Source: Mobula hypostoma (lineage: Eukaryota). From it: a DNA stretch of 64,000 bases. The notes beneath the pieces were generated by a model. It did not search any database, was not told where the DNA came from, and worked only from the letters and a program-made list of their open reading frames with translations. A program made the translations under genes and the position numbers. Below, one piece after another: positions 49,360 through 61,120 of this stretch; the first letter of the stretch is position 1, and the number at the start of each line of letters is the position of its first letter. The stretch is taken from the NCBI RefSeq assembly GCF_963921235.1, contig NC_086108.1, forward strand, positions 18,228,001-18,292,000, written 5' to 3'.

Positions 49360-50290
49360 AGGTGCTTGCCACACTGGCCTTCACCATTCAGGGTACAGAG
49401 TATAGAATCTGGTTTGTTATGTCACAGTTGTACAAGAAGGGGGTGAGGCCACATTGAAAAATATTGTGTACATTTTTGGTCACCCTGTTACAGGAAAGAT
49501 GTCATCAAGCTGGAAAGAGTGCAAAAATGATTTACGAGAATGTGCCAGGAGTTGAGGGGCTGAATTACAAGGAGAGATTGGGCAGATAAGGACTTTATTC
49601 TTTGGCGTGTAGAAGGTTGAGGGGTGACCATATAGGGTGTATAATATTGTGAGGAACAGACATAGGGTGCATGAACATTGACTTTTTTGCATGAAAGGGA
49701 ATCAAAACAACAGAACATACAGTACTGTGCACATAAGTTTTCGGCACATGAGTAAAATAGTTAAAATGCCTAAGACTTTTGCACTGTACTGTGGTAATTC
49801 TATGTATTGTACTGTACTGCTGTTGCAAAAAAAAGCAAATTTCATGACATATGTGAGTGATGATAAACTTTATTCCGATATGGGTCTCTATTGTGGACTG
49901 AGATTAAGAACGGGGCAGGGAGAGGGGAATCATGGTTGGGAAAAGGGGAAGGGAGAAGGCAGGGAGCAGAAAGCACCAGAGAGACATTCGGTAGTGATTT
50001 TAAAAAAACAATTGTTTGGAATCAGATTACCTTGCCTGGTGCCTCAGGGCTGGGTGAATCTGCACCCAAACCAAATCCCCCCCTTTCCCTGCCACCTGCC
50101 CCACACCCATCCTGCAGCACTCCATCCTCGCCAATCCCAACATCCTTTGCTCCCACCAGATTTCCAAACTCGCTCTCAGCTCCACTTTGATAAATAGTGT
50201 ATTTTGAAAAAAAGTCTTCGGCACCCTAGCTATTTATATGTGCCTCTGACTTTTGCACAGCACTGTAGATTTAAGAAGGGAACCCCAGCT
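49360..50290 (+). mobile_element. Degraded CR1 fragment interrupted by a TA-flanked MITE
   Basis: GTGAGGCCACATTG, AAGCTGGAAAGAGTGCA and AGGTTGAGGGGTGACC. The CR1 motif resumes (..AGAACA-TA | TA-GATTTAAG) across the 49720-50265 insertion. Confidence 0.75.
49720..50265. mobile_element. Composite non-autonomous Tc1/mariner-like element (MITE)
   Basis: TA|CAGTACTGTGCA... and ...GACTTTTGCACAGCACTG|TA termini. A short TIR-TIR unit occurs at each end. A related copy lies at ~51580-51845. Confidence 0.75.
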
Positions 50291-51579
50291 TGGAGCAAGG
50301 AGAATGTCTGCAAATACCCCTGCCAACTGATCTACACAGGATCTGAGGACATAGCCAGTGACTTCATCAGGGCCAGATGCTTTCTGTGGATTTCTGGAAG
50401 ACTGATATGATGTAACTAGATTAATGCAGTCATTACTTCCTATTGGCTGAGGCCTGTGTCTGTGTGTACTGTAGAATCCCAAGGACTATCTTCAGGTTGA
50501 AAACTACCTCATCCCAAATTGAGAAGTTGCTAAAGAAAGGAAAAAGAACAACCAGGGTGAGAGAGACAGATTGGGTTCAAACAAGCAAATTGATCTCTGT
50601 CAACTGAAGTGGTGTTAACCATTACTGAGTAGGTAGATATTGGACTGTTTATAAGCGAAGTAGCACTGCAGTACCATACAGATAACACTCATGAATGGGA
50701 GCAGTCAAGGGAGTTGCCTGCAAAGCCACTGTGTTGGAAACTGCTTGTAACAGATTATTCTGGAGATCTGCACAATCCAGCAAGAAATCATTTAGTTTCC
50801 AGTGGGAATTTATGGGGTGGGAGGAGGATAGTATTGTTGCTTGAAAATTAAAATAAGATAAGGTCTGAGAGAGCTCTTTGATCACTTCCAGGACCCTTTG
50901 TGATGGTCCCAAGAGCTTCAGCTTTATTGCTCCTTGGAGACCCAGTACCCCCATCAGAAAAGTGTCTAGTACTGAACTCATAGAAGACCACAGTTGCGGG
51001 GTGAGGCCAAATGAATCACCTACTAACACAGTAGTCAGAGTGCGATGAACCAGTTTCACTTCACGTGAATCCGCTTCAGGCTGCAGATTCTAAACACAAA
51101 CCTAGCTCCTCAGGGAGAGTTCTGTTAGAAGCCTCTAAGAATGTTGGGAAACAGACTTTTCTGGAAACGGGAGAGAAATGTTTCGATATCCTTTGGAATG
51201 GTGTGTGGGCTTGTTCATATACATTAGCACGAATGCCACGGGCTGATTGCAAAAATTAGTACCCCCCACACCTCTGGAGCTCTGTTCTCCACCAAGCAGT
51301 CATCTCAGGTCAGGAACAGCAAGGATCATGATACCATTCTGGTCCTTGTAGGGTTCAGTGCCTAACGTCAACTTACCTGCTTCAGTTCTGTAACCTTTGA
51401 AGGTACAGTATGTTTGAAGTACAACCTAAGAGAGGAGATACAACCAATATTATACGATACTGAGTTTCTCTCAGTACCAGAAACATTATCAATTCACGGG
51501 CAGCTTCGTCATCTTTCAATGCTGATTAAACTTTCTGGTTCTAGGCAGTTTATCCAGCAATGAACTGAATAAATGCATT

Positions 51580-51845
51580 GAAACTGCAAAAGTCTTAGGC
51601 ATATATATATATAGTTGGGGTTCCTGAGACTTTTGCATAGAGCTGTAGTTATTTTTTATATTCTGCTGTACTGCTGCCACAAGAAAAAAAACAATTTTCA
51701 TGACATGAGAGTGATGACAAATCTGATTCTGATAACGATCTCTGTTAAGAACTGAGGGGGTACGAGGTGGGGAGTCATGGTGGGGAAAAGGGGAAAGTGA
51801 CAAGGGAGGGAGCAGGAAGCACCAGAGCGACATTCTGTAATGGTA
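51580..51845 (+). mobile_element. Second, partial copy of the composite MITE
   Basis: GCAAAAGTCTTAGGCA...AGACTTTTGCA, then CTGTACTGCTG...TTTCATGACAT...GGAAAAGGGGAA...AGCACCAGAG, collinear with 49725-49990. Confidence 0.75.
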
Positions 51846-51889
51846 AGCAGAGACATATTTACGGACATGTAGTTATGTAACCAAGGGCA

Positions 51890-52100
51890 ATTTAGACACT
51901 AAGGACAGTAAATGCTGTTATCTGGAGTGGAAAAATAAATGGTGAGAGGCCTCAACAGGTCAGGCAGCATCTGGGGGGAAACAGCAACAGTCAATGTTTG
52001 AGGTTGAGACCCTGCACCAGGACTGAGAGTGTAGAGGGGAAATAGCAGTATAAAGAGAGATGAGAAATGGACTTGCAGGCAATAAGTGGAGGAAGAGTGT
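51890..52100 (-). mobile_element. Penelope-like 3' fragment
   Basis: CTCAACAGGTCAGGCAGCATCTG...GTCAATGTTTGAGGTTGAGACCCTGCACCAGGACTG. Confidence 0.65.
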
Positions 52101-52239
52101 GGTTCAAAAACAGGAGAGCAGTAAAAACTACAGACTGTGATTAGTGAGAGTGAAAGATAAAGACTCCTATTGAAGAGAGGAGGAGAAAAACATCTTCAAA
52201 GGGAGCATACTTTTAAAAGACCTTGTTGTGTATTAAATT

Positions 52240-52890
52240 TCTGTCCAATAGCCTCTCCTGGTCCCATCATGACAATGTCACAGCCAAGAAAGCTCACCAA
52301 TGTCCCTACTTTCTCAGGAGGCTAAAGAAATCTGACGTATCTCTGTCAACCATTACGAATTTTTATTGATGTACCATAGAAAGCATATTAACTGGATGCA
52401 GAACACCATGACATGGAAACTGCTCTGCATGTACTGCAAGAAAATGCAGAAAGTTGTGGATACAGCTCAGTACCACATGGAAAGCAGCCTCACTTCTATG
52501 GACTCTGTCCCGACTTATCCCTGCCTCAGGAAAGCAGTCAGCATCATCAAAGACCCCATCTTCCCTGGACATTCACTCAATTCCCCTCTTATATCAGGCC
52601 TGAAAGCACGTACCACCAGGCTCGAGGATCACTTCTATCCTGCTGTTATTAGTCTCTTTAACAGACATCTTGAACAATTAAATTGACCCTTAACCTCACA
52701 ATCTATCTTGTTATGGTCTTCCTCTTTATAGTTTTAACTTGCCACTGCATTTTCTTTGTAGTTATTACACTTCATTCTGCATTGTTATTATTTTACCTTG
52801 TTCTATCTCAATGCACTGTGCAATTATCTGATCTGTATAAACAGCGCTTTTCACTGTACCTGAGAACATGTGACAATATTAAACAAATGC
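52240..52890 (+). mobile_element. Degraded Rex1/Babar LINE 3' half
   Basis: KKAHQ..YFLRRLKK, CLRKAVSIIKDP and TTRLEDHFYPAVISLFN. Confidence 0.8.
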
Positions 52891-53099
52891 TAAAATGGAG
52901 AAAAATTTTGATTGGGCAGTTACTGGAATGGGACACACTATGTTGGAGCTGGGTCAGATGGGCTAGGCTAATCCAAGATACAAGCAGACATCTGATCTGT
53001 TGTTCAACTCTCAGGCAGGATACAGCAGGATCAGAGACAATGTCACAAGCCTCATAAAGCCACTGAAAGATGCCAGGAGTGTCATCTCCAGGTCCTGCT

Positions 53100-53895
53100 G
53101 AGAATGGGCAAAGAAGTGGCAGATAGAATATAGAGTAGGGAAGTGTAAGTCATGAACTTTGATACAAGGAATAAAGGCATAGACTACTTTCTAAATGGGG
53201 AGAAAATTTAAAAAAAATTAGAGACACAAAGGGACTTGGGATTCCTAAAGGTTAACTTGCAGGCTGAGTTGGCGGTAAGGTAGGTAATTGCATTCATTTT
53301 GAGTAGACTGGAATATAAGAGCAAGGATGTGATGGTGAGGCTTTATAAGGCATTGGTCAGACCGCATGGAGCATTATCAGCAGTTTTGAGCCCCTTATCT
53401 GAGTAAGAATGTATTTTCATTGGACAGCAGAGGAGCATCATGAGAATGATTCCAAGAATGAAAGGGTTAATGTATGCATAGCATTTGCTGGCTCCGGCCC
53501 AGTACTCACCAGAGTTTAGAAGAATGAGGGGTGACCTCATTGGCACCTATCGAATATTGAAAGGCCTAGATAGAGTGGATGTTTCCTATAGTGGGAAAGT
53601 CCAGGATCAGAGGACACAGCGTCAGAATAGAGGATGTCTATTTAGAACGGAGATGAGAATTAATTTCTTTAGCCAGAGGGTGGTGAATCTGTGGAATTCA
53701 TTGCCACGGATGGCTGTGGAGGCCAAGTACTTGAGTATTTTTAAAGTGGAGGTTGATAGGCTGTTGACTAGTCAGGATGTCAAATGTTACAGGGAGAACA
53801 CAGGAGAATGGGGTTGAGCGGGATAATAAATCAGACATGATGGAATGGTAGAGCAGACTCGATGGGCCAAATGGCCTAATTCTGCTCCTATGTCA
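53100..53895 (+). mobile_element. Degraded CR1/HER1 LINE 3' half with intact tail
   Basis: ORF EFRRMRGDLIGTYRILKGLDRVD...FFSQRVVNLWNSLP; tail GATGGGCCAAATGGCCTAATTCTGCTCCTATGTC. Confidence 0.85.
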
Positions 53896-54499
53896 ATGTA
53901 ATCAGAAGCCAAAGTATAAATGAAAATGTTTTGCCCAACATTTGGGTGATTTTACTGACATTTGACTCTTTTGTTATTGTTCTTAGAAGCTGAGATTTTT
54001 TTGCTGATTTGCAGTTTCTTTGATCTTGCATATTGTCAGTTTTACTCCTGTCTAGAGCCCGTGCCTTACTTCAAAGTAGCTAATTATCCATGAGCTGCTC
54101 TTGATGTCCCGAGGTTGTGAAATTTCTCTCTCTGGTACTTCAATCCCCCTCCCCCAATATTTCTCTTTCCTTTCTTCCTCTTGCTCCTTCCTTTCTTTCT
54201 TTTCTTCTTAGTCAAAGCCTGTGCAGTCACACAGCAGCTAGCCTCAAGCTATAATAATGAGTCAGTGGCTAAGGAGTTAGTGGAATAAAATGTTACAGCA
54301 GGATGGAGCGGACAGATCCTTACAGTAAAAAAGCATACAGCTCTTTGAGTGCCTATTTGTTGAACTCCCAAACTCTACATTCAAGTTCCTGACAATCAAT
54401 ACTTTAAAATAAAGGGCTGTTTTAATCTTTGTTAGGTGCCTGGCACTCTGGCCATTCCCTTTTCTCTCTTCTACCTTCTGGGAGAAGATGCAGGAGCCC

Positions 54500-54820
54500 C
54501 AGATGACTAAACTGGCAAATAGCTTCTTCCCCACTCCTATCAAACTCTTGAACCAATCCCCACTTTCACATTCCCTTCCCAGTGGTGCTGCCACATTCTT
54601 GAGCCCTTAATTCTACCACTTCCATTATAATCACATCAGCATTTCTTTTTGCAATTCCTCTGTTTGCACCTTGATACCATTGTTTTATGCACTTGTCGCT
54701 GTATTTATTGTTGTATTTATTATTATCATGTACGCTGTGTATTCTCTGAGCTTCACGCGAGCAAGGAATTTCATTGCACCCTAGTGTATAGGACAATAAA
54801 CTAATCTGAATTTGATTCTG
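54500..54820 (+). mobile_element. Rex1-type LINE 3' end
   Basis: AATAGCTTCTTCCCC...ATCAAACTCTTGAAC; tail ACAATAAACTAATCTGAATTTGATTCTGA. Confidence 0.65.
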
Positions 54821-55399
54821 AACAGCAGGTTCTCATGGCATGGTTAGTGCCAACAATAACTGTTGGTATCATGTCTTGTTGGTTAAAAGCTGTGCAGTTC
54901 TACTGAATTCCCCTTGGATCCCATTATATTCCATAAATGTCAAGCCTCATTTAGATCTGTGAGTCTTGTTCATTTAATTATGCACAGTGGTGAACAGAAG
55001 AGTTGGATATTTTTTACTCTTGTGTTTTTAGATTTGTCCTTTGGTAAAATCGTCAAGACAGAGACACATAACATCAAAGGAAAATTTCTGTCTTGGAAGA
55101 CATAAGCAGTAATTTAATTCTGTTGCTGCTCTCCAGAGTCACTTTGTCTTTATTTTGGAGTTAATTATGGGTTGTTTATCTCTGCTTTTTTTTTGTCCCT
55201 TCTTCCTGAAGCAGGGCAGGCTGTAGTTTGTGCTGGTGCCATTGACTTGAGTTCCTTCCAGTGAAACAGTAATTGAACTTGGATGCAAAATTTGAGTGCA
55301 TAAGGAATAGGACGAGAATATGGCTGAATGCCTCTTCACCCTGGAGCTGTCACTTCAGGATCCAGATAACTCTTGCCACTCTTGTTATGGTGAAAAGGC

Positions 55400-56330
55400 G
55401 GGGGAGTGGGACTAAATGGGAGAATGGATCAGCTCAGGATAAAATGGCGGAGCATACTCTATGGGCCGAATGGCTGACTTCTGCTCCTTTGTCTTATGGT
55501 CTTATGGTCACTCCTTTCTGAATGGACATTGAACCCATGATCACTAGCTCACTACTTTAACTTTATGTACACACTTCTTAATGTAATTCACAGTTTTTAT
55601 TCTTGTATATTGCAATGTACTGCTGCCGTATAACAACACATTTTATGACATATGCCGATGATATTAAACCTGATTCTGATTCTGATTCCTTCTGGTCCTG
55701 GGGCTGTCATTATGGAGGCTGTAAGGGACGAAGGAAATCGTCCTTTTACAGGCCCATGTGAGGCTACAATTATGACAGAGCCCCAGTCTGCTACATCACT
55801 TTAATTTTGGCATTATCCTTGAAAAACCTTTTACAATGGGAGATGAGGAACAGTACTTGTGATGTACAGTCCAGATGGATATTAGAAACAAGGATGGATA
55901 TTCCTTATCTTCCAAGACCCAGGGCTCCTGGTGAAAACATGGAGACAAGGCAGATTGCCTAGGAATTAGAGTCACGTCATCTCTTGATATTATGGTGTTA
56001 ACCATAAAAGTAATAGCCATTGTTGATCATGAAACTGGTCAGAGAGATATTAAAATACACTGTTTTCCCCAGGGTGGAAATGTCAAATATGAGAGAACAT
56101 AGCTTTGGGGTGAGAAGAGGAAATCTGAAAGGAGATTTGGGGGGCAAATGTTTTTGGAGGGAGTGGTAGGCATCTGAATTGCACTGTCAGGGGATGACAT
56201 GATTTAAGAGGCACTTAGTCAGATAAATGGAATGGCGGAATATAGACCACATGCAAGCAAATGTGCAGTTTAAACTGGCATCATGGTTGATACTAAGGGT
56301 CTATTTCTGTGCTCGATTCTTCTATGTTCT
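55400..56330 (+). mobile_element. Cluster of LINE 3' ends (CR1 ~55400-55510, Rex1 ~55520-55690, CR1 ~56060-56330)
   Basis: ATGGGCCGAATGGCTGACTTCTGCTCC...(CTTATGGT)n; TATTAAACCTGATTCTGATTCTGATTC; CCCCAGGGTGGAAATGTCAAATA. Confidence 0.65.
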
Positions 56331-56630
56331 TAAAGGATACATACACACCGGAGGTCTAAAACAGGATCTACTGCAGTTGCTTGGAAAGATCATTTGGCAA
56401 TAAAATTGAAAGCAAACCTAACTTTGAACTCCAGTCTGGATGGAGAAGGTGTTGGGGGTTTGCCTTGAGGACATCACGTCTTTCAGTAATGAGCTATGCA
56501 AAGCCTAAGTCTCCAAGTGCATTGCTCCCAAGCTTCATTTTGGAACCTGTCACTACACTAATGACATCTCAGCTAACACAAAGAAATCAACAAGTTACCT
56601 GACCCTTCAGTTTCAAGTTTATTATTGTAG

Positions 56631-57512
56631 TGTTACATGCTCAAGGAGGGTTTTTTTGTGAGAATGATGTAATGGTCTTTTGGAGGTCACCTGATGTGAT
56701 TTTCCCGCCGATGTGAGGTCACGTGCTGACATGTGCCCCGCCCCCCGTGACTCTATAAGGGTCGACCCAGGTGACGCAGTGGTTTTTGAGTTTGTAGATT
56801 TCCAGATAGAACATGTTGTGCCTCCATTTCTGTTGCATGTTTGTTTTTGTGACGCAGTTTCATTTTTAAAAAGGAAGGTGCATTCTCTTACAAGATATTG
56901 CAGTATTGAACTGGAAATTTGTGGCTGGAAGTGCCAATTTACTCAATTCTGACAGTTTTGAAGGGAGAGTGAAGAATTCATCGAAGTGAGGGATCGAGAG
57001 AAGTCGGCATCATTCAGCAGTTTAATAAAGAATCGACCTTATTGAGTCTTCGTTGGACAGAACCTGCATTGAGATAACTGTTGCAAAAGGGCAATGAGTT
57101 CATGCAAAAAGGTGCTCTCTCTCTAAAAGGAATATAAAGTCAGTCGATTTAAACTATTTATTTTTGGCATTGGGAATCCTGTGGACAGAACCAGCAGTAA
57201 AGGTGCGTCTGTGAAGGAATCCTTCTCCAGAGAAGTCTCTCCCAATTGAATGTGTAAAACTGTTGGACTTTCGAAGTTATCACTTTGAGAACTATATCTG
57301 ACTGTATCGCTTTAAGAACTGTTTTCGCATTTAACGCTTTAAGAACCAGAGCCGAGTGGAGTGGAGATGGTGCACGGCTGCGTACCTGTTAACCTCCGGT
57401 TAAAGTTTTCCTTTGTTTTTTTTCCCCTATGGTTTATACGTGTTTAATAAATGTTTGGTTGTTTTTATAAAACCTGTCTCGATTAATAATCATTGTTGCC
57501 GGTTACGTAACA
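56631..57512 (+). mobile_element. Solo LTR (882 bp), Gypsy/ERV1-type
   Basis: Termini TGTTAC...GTAACA (TG..CA inverted); 4-bp TSD GTAG at 56627-56630 and 57513-57516; internal CTATAAG (~56753) and AATAAA (~57446); relatively CpG-rich. Strand is inferred from the TATA/polyA order. Confidence 0.85.
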
Positions 57513-58699
57513 GTAGGCATACATACACATGGTACAAATTCCATGAAGATTAGCTTTCCTCAGTAGCAATATCAGTACAACACAAACATGCTCTCCAATG
57601 GACTGTACATGCCAGCATTAGGTACAATTGGTAATCCTTTATATATCGGAGTCAGAATTACAGATATAATTGGTGTATATGTGGATCTGCAGTACCACTA
57701 TCTCAGCTGAGCTCCTTGTTCCTTCATAAGCAATTGAATTCCTCCTCTTTTTTTTTGTCCTTGCAAACATCCGCATAGATTTGAGAGGAGGTTGTCATCA
57801 CCTTATGTACCCCAATGTTGTTGCATGTTAGAAGCTGTGTCAGAAGCATTCTGAGTATTGGCTCTGTCCCATTATCCAGACTCGAGTCCTGGTTGTGGTC
57901 TTTCTTGAGGTATCCACTCTTTTGGGGTCCACTAATTATTACTGGTAACTTCTAAGTAGAAGATTGGCACTGGTCTCCCTCCAGTGTGAATTTGACATTA
58001 CAACAAATTAATCCTTTTAGCTATTTTTGACTTATAAAATCTCTCTGGAGAATCCAGAATTGATTAGAACATTTATAACTACAACTAACATGCTTAATCA
58101 AATTTATAGTTCCTTCTTCTCCAACAAAGGCTCCCTGTGGAAGGAGCTAATACATCTCAGACATGTATTAGCTCAAGTAAACCGTGCTTAAATTCAGATT
58201 ATGTTAAAATGCTTTTGAATATTTGCCTAGTCAATTCTTAGTGTGAGAAGCACATCTTTAAAAGTGAGCTTGAAGTTGTTAACGCTTCTCAAGTTTTCAG
58301 ACAGTTATATTATTGTCTAAATTTGTAAACTAATCCTTGGAAGGAATGAAGATGAAACAAATTTTTTATTGCAATTAAATTGAAATACTGTTTTGAAGCC
58401 CCATTCACTTACTACCAGACACAAAAGCTGAATTTTGATCTCTCTTTTCTTCAGTAGTTTAAAATTATATTGATAGACAATATGCCAATATCTGTAATTA
58501 AATTATAAAGTTTAGTGTTTAGTTCAAAGTTTTCATCAAGACTTTGGTATTTATACACTCTTGTCATTATATACATCCTTCTTCCTGGTGTTCAGGATCC
58601 CACCTGAATGTCATTTAGTCTTTTAACTTTCGATGTTTGCCACAGAACACTTTCAATAAGGACCAGTTCCTTTCTGGGGACCCTAGTATTTGGAGCATG

Positions 58700-58900
58700 T
58701 ATACTGTTTCACAGTTCCCTCTACCTCAGTTTGATCCTGATAGGTGAGTTTGCGCATTATCCCTCTGACTGTATGGGTTACCCCTGAGTGCTCCCAGTTC
58801 TTCCCACATCTGAGGATATGCTGGTTGTTGACTAGCGACTGTAAACTGCCGAGCAAGTAAGAGAAACTTAATAACAGGAAAACAAATGGGGATTGAGATT
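58700..58900 (+). mobile_element. Degraded tRNA-derived SINE
   Basis: GTTTGATCCTG...GAGTTTGC...TGGGTTACCCCTGAGTGCTCC...TCCCACATC. Confidence 0.55.
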
Positions 58901-59394
58901 GATTGATAACATCAGTCTGAGAGCAATTTGTGTGCATTTTCCCTTCCAATTTATAATTCCTCTTTTAACTTGCTTAAATTAGCCATGTTGTGTCATTCCT
59001 CCTTACCCCTTCACAACCTCTGCTCCTACTGGGAACTATTTCTAGCAGGTGTCTTGAGTCACCTCTGCTACTGCTCGTCTTCCATCTTTCCTGAAACTCT
59101 AAGGCCCAGTCCACTTTAACCAACTCTTTCCTCATTCCATTGCAATTAAGTGAAGCATTGCTGTTTTTAACCCGAACTGTTCCACACTCTTCATCCTCTG
59201 AGTGAAGACATTTCCCTTCAAGTATTTAAAGTGTAGCACAGAAGAGAGGAAGTAGCATCTTTCACCATTAACCGGTGAACTTCAATTATTGCCTCACCCA
59301 ATATGAGGGGAAAAGACGGTCTTTTAGCCAACTGTAAGATAAATCTAACTCTTCCCTCCTATTTAGCCCCGATTTTTCTGTCATCATATGCCTA

Positions 59395-59620
59395 TCTAAA
59401 AGTTTCTGAACAAACTGCACACGATAGTCCAAACTCGGCCTTGCCAGTGTCTTGTACACCTTCAGCTTAACGTCCCAACTTCTGTATTCAATGTCCTGAT
59501 ATATGAAGGGCAATATGCTAAAATCTCTCTTTATGACCCCATCTACCTGTGATGCCACTTTCAAGGAATTATGAATCGGTATTTCCAGGTTCCTCTGTTT
59601 TACCACACTCTTTGTAGCTA
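59395..59620 (-). mobile_element. CR1 RT fragment
   Basis: Minus ORF NSLKVASQVDGVIK..IEYRSWDV..YKTLARPSLDYRVQF. Confidence 0.8.
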
Positions 59621-60092
59621 TACCTTGTGAATGACTTACCCCAGTTACCACACTTGTTATTGTGATACCATTCCTTGTGAATGCCTTACCCGAGTTACCA
59701 CACTTGTTATCATGATACCATTCCTTGTGAATGCCTTACCCCAGTTACCACGCCCGTCATAACTATACCATTCCTTGTGAATGTCTTACCCAAGTTACCA
59801 CACTTGTTATCATGATACCATTCCTTGTGAATGTCTTACCCAAGTTACCACACTTGTTATCATGATACCATTCCTTGTGAATGCCTTACCCGAGTTACCA
59901 CACTTGTTATCATGATACCATTCCTTGTGAATGCCTTACCCCAGTTACCACGCCCGTCATAACTATACCATTCCTTGTGAATGCCTTACCCAAGTTACCA
60001 CACCTGTCATAACCATATCACTCTTGTAAATGCCTTACTCCAGGTACCACACTCGTTATAACCATATCATCCCTTGTGAATGCCTTACCCAA
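59620..60092. repeat. 50-bp minisatellite, ~9 copies
   Basis: xxAGTTACCA marker at 59641, 59691, 59741 ... 59991; unit CAAGTTACCACACTTGTTATCATGATACCATTCCTTGTGAATGCCTTACC. Confidence 0.93.
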
Positions 60093-60225
60093 GTCCTGCC
60101 GAAGGGTCTTGGCCCGAAACATTGACTGTACTCTTTTCCATAGATGCTGCCTGGCCTGCTGAGTTCCTCCAGCATTTTGTGTGTGTTGCTTTGGATTTCT
60201 AGCATCTCCAGATTTTCTCTTGTTT
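60093..60225 (+). mobile_element. Penelope-like 3' end (pLTR) with hammerhead-like motif
   Basis: GTCCTGCCGAAGGGTCTTGGCCCGAAAC...GATGCTGCCTGGCCTGCTGAGTTCCTCCAGCATTTTGTGTG. Confidence 0.8.
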
Positions 60226-60629
60226 GTCATTGTACCTACCAATCAGCTATTTCCTCTCATCTGTGCTACACTTTGAATCTAGATGTCACCACTGGAGCTC
60301 TGTCTTCTGATGCAGTGAGGAGGTGATCAGCTGGACATTTAAGCTTTTCCTGCTAAGTGTGTAACTCATGCTTCCCTCACTCTATCCAGTTTCCTAAGCT
60401 ACTGGCTTTCTGCACTCCTTTTCCAGCCCAGGTCCCAGGGCTGCTATCACTACCACAGGGCTGCCAGGGCAGTTAGAGACCATCACTTCAATCACTACTG
60501 AAAGCCTTGTGGATTTTCATGGGCCATGAATCACAACTCAGTGGATTATTCATTGGAAGGCAAAAGCAACATTAACATTGATTTTGAGAAGACTAGGATG
60601 TAATGCTCCTCAAAATATTATAAACTTCT

Positions 60630-61120
60630 ATCAGCCTCTACTACTCCAGAACATATGCCCTCTAATCCAGGCAACATTCTGCACCCTCTCCAAAGCCTTC
60701 ACATTCTTCCTATACTGGGGCAACCAAAACTGAATGCAGTACTCCAGATATGGCCAAACCAGGATTTTATAAAGCTGCAACTCAACTTCCTGACTCTTGA
60801 ACTCAATGCCTTGACTAATACAGACAAGAATGCCATTTGCATTCTTTGCCACCCTATCAACCTGTGCAGCCTTTTTCAGTGAACTATGGACGTACCCTAA
60901 GATCCTCTGTATGAAAATGCTTTCAAGAGTCCTGCCATTAACAGTGTCTCTTTACATTTGATCTGTCACAGCAGAACACATCACATCTGGCTGGAATGCA
61001 ACTGATCTGTATCCCACTATACCTTTCAGCAACACCATCCACAACACCAGTCCAGTGTCTGCAAAATTAATAACCCACCCATTCCCCATTTTTATTGAGA
61101 TCATTTATACATATCATAAA
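60630..61120 (-). mobile_element. Degraded CR1 RT fragment
   Basis: ORF KNANGILVCISQGIEFKSQEVELQLYKILVWPYLEYCIQFWLPQYRKNVKALERVQ. Confidence 0.85.

Noticed and set aside
50649..51059. 136-aa ORF in unique sequence (also 48294-48653)
   Set aside because: No recognisable domain or convincing splice sites; chance ORFs of this length are expected.
60428..60530. Possible terminal exon after CTCCTTTTCCAG (PGPRAAITTTGLPGQLE...), and a similar acceptor at ~62892
   Set aside because: The peptides are unrecognised and nothing else supports them.
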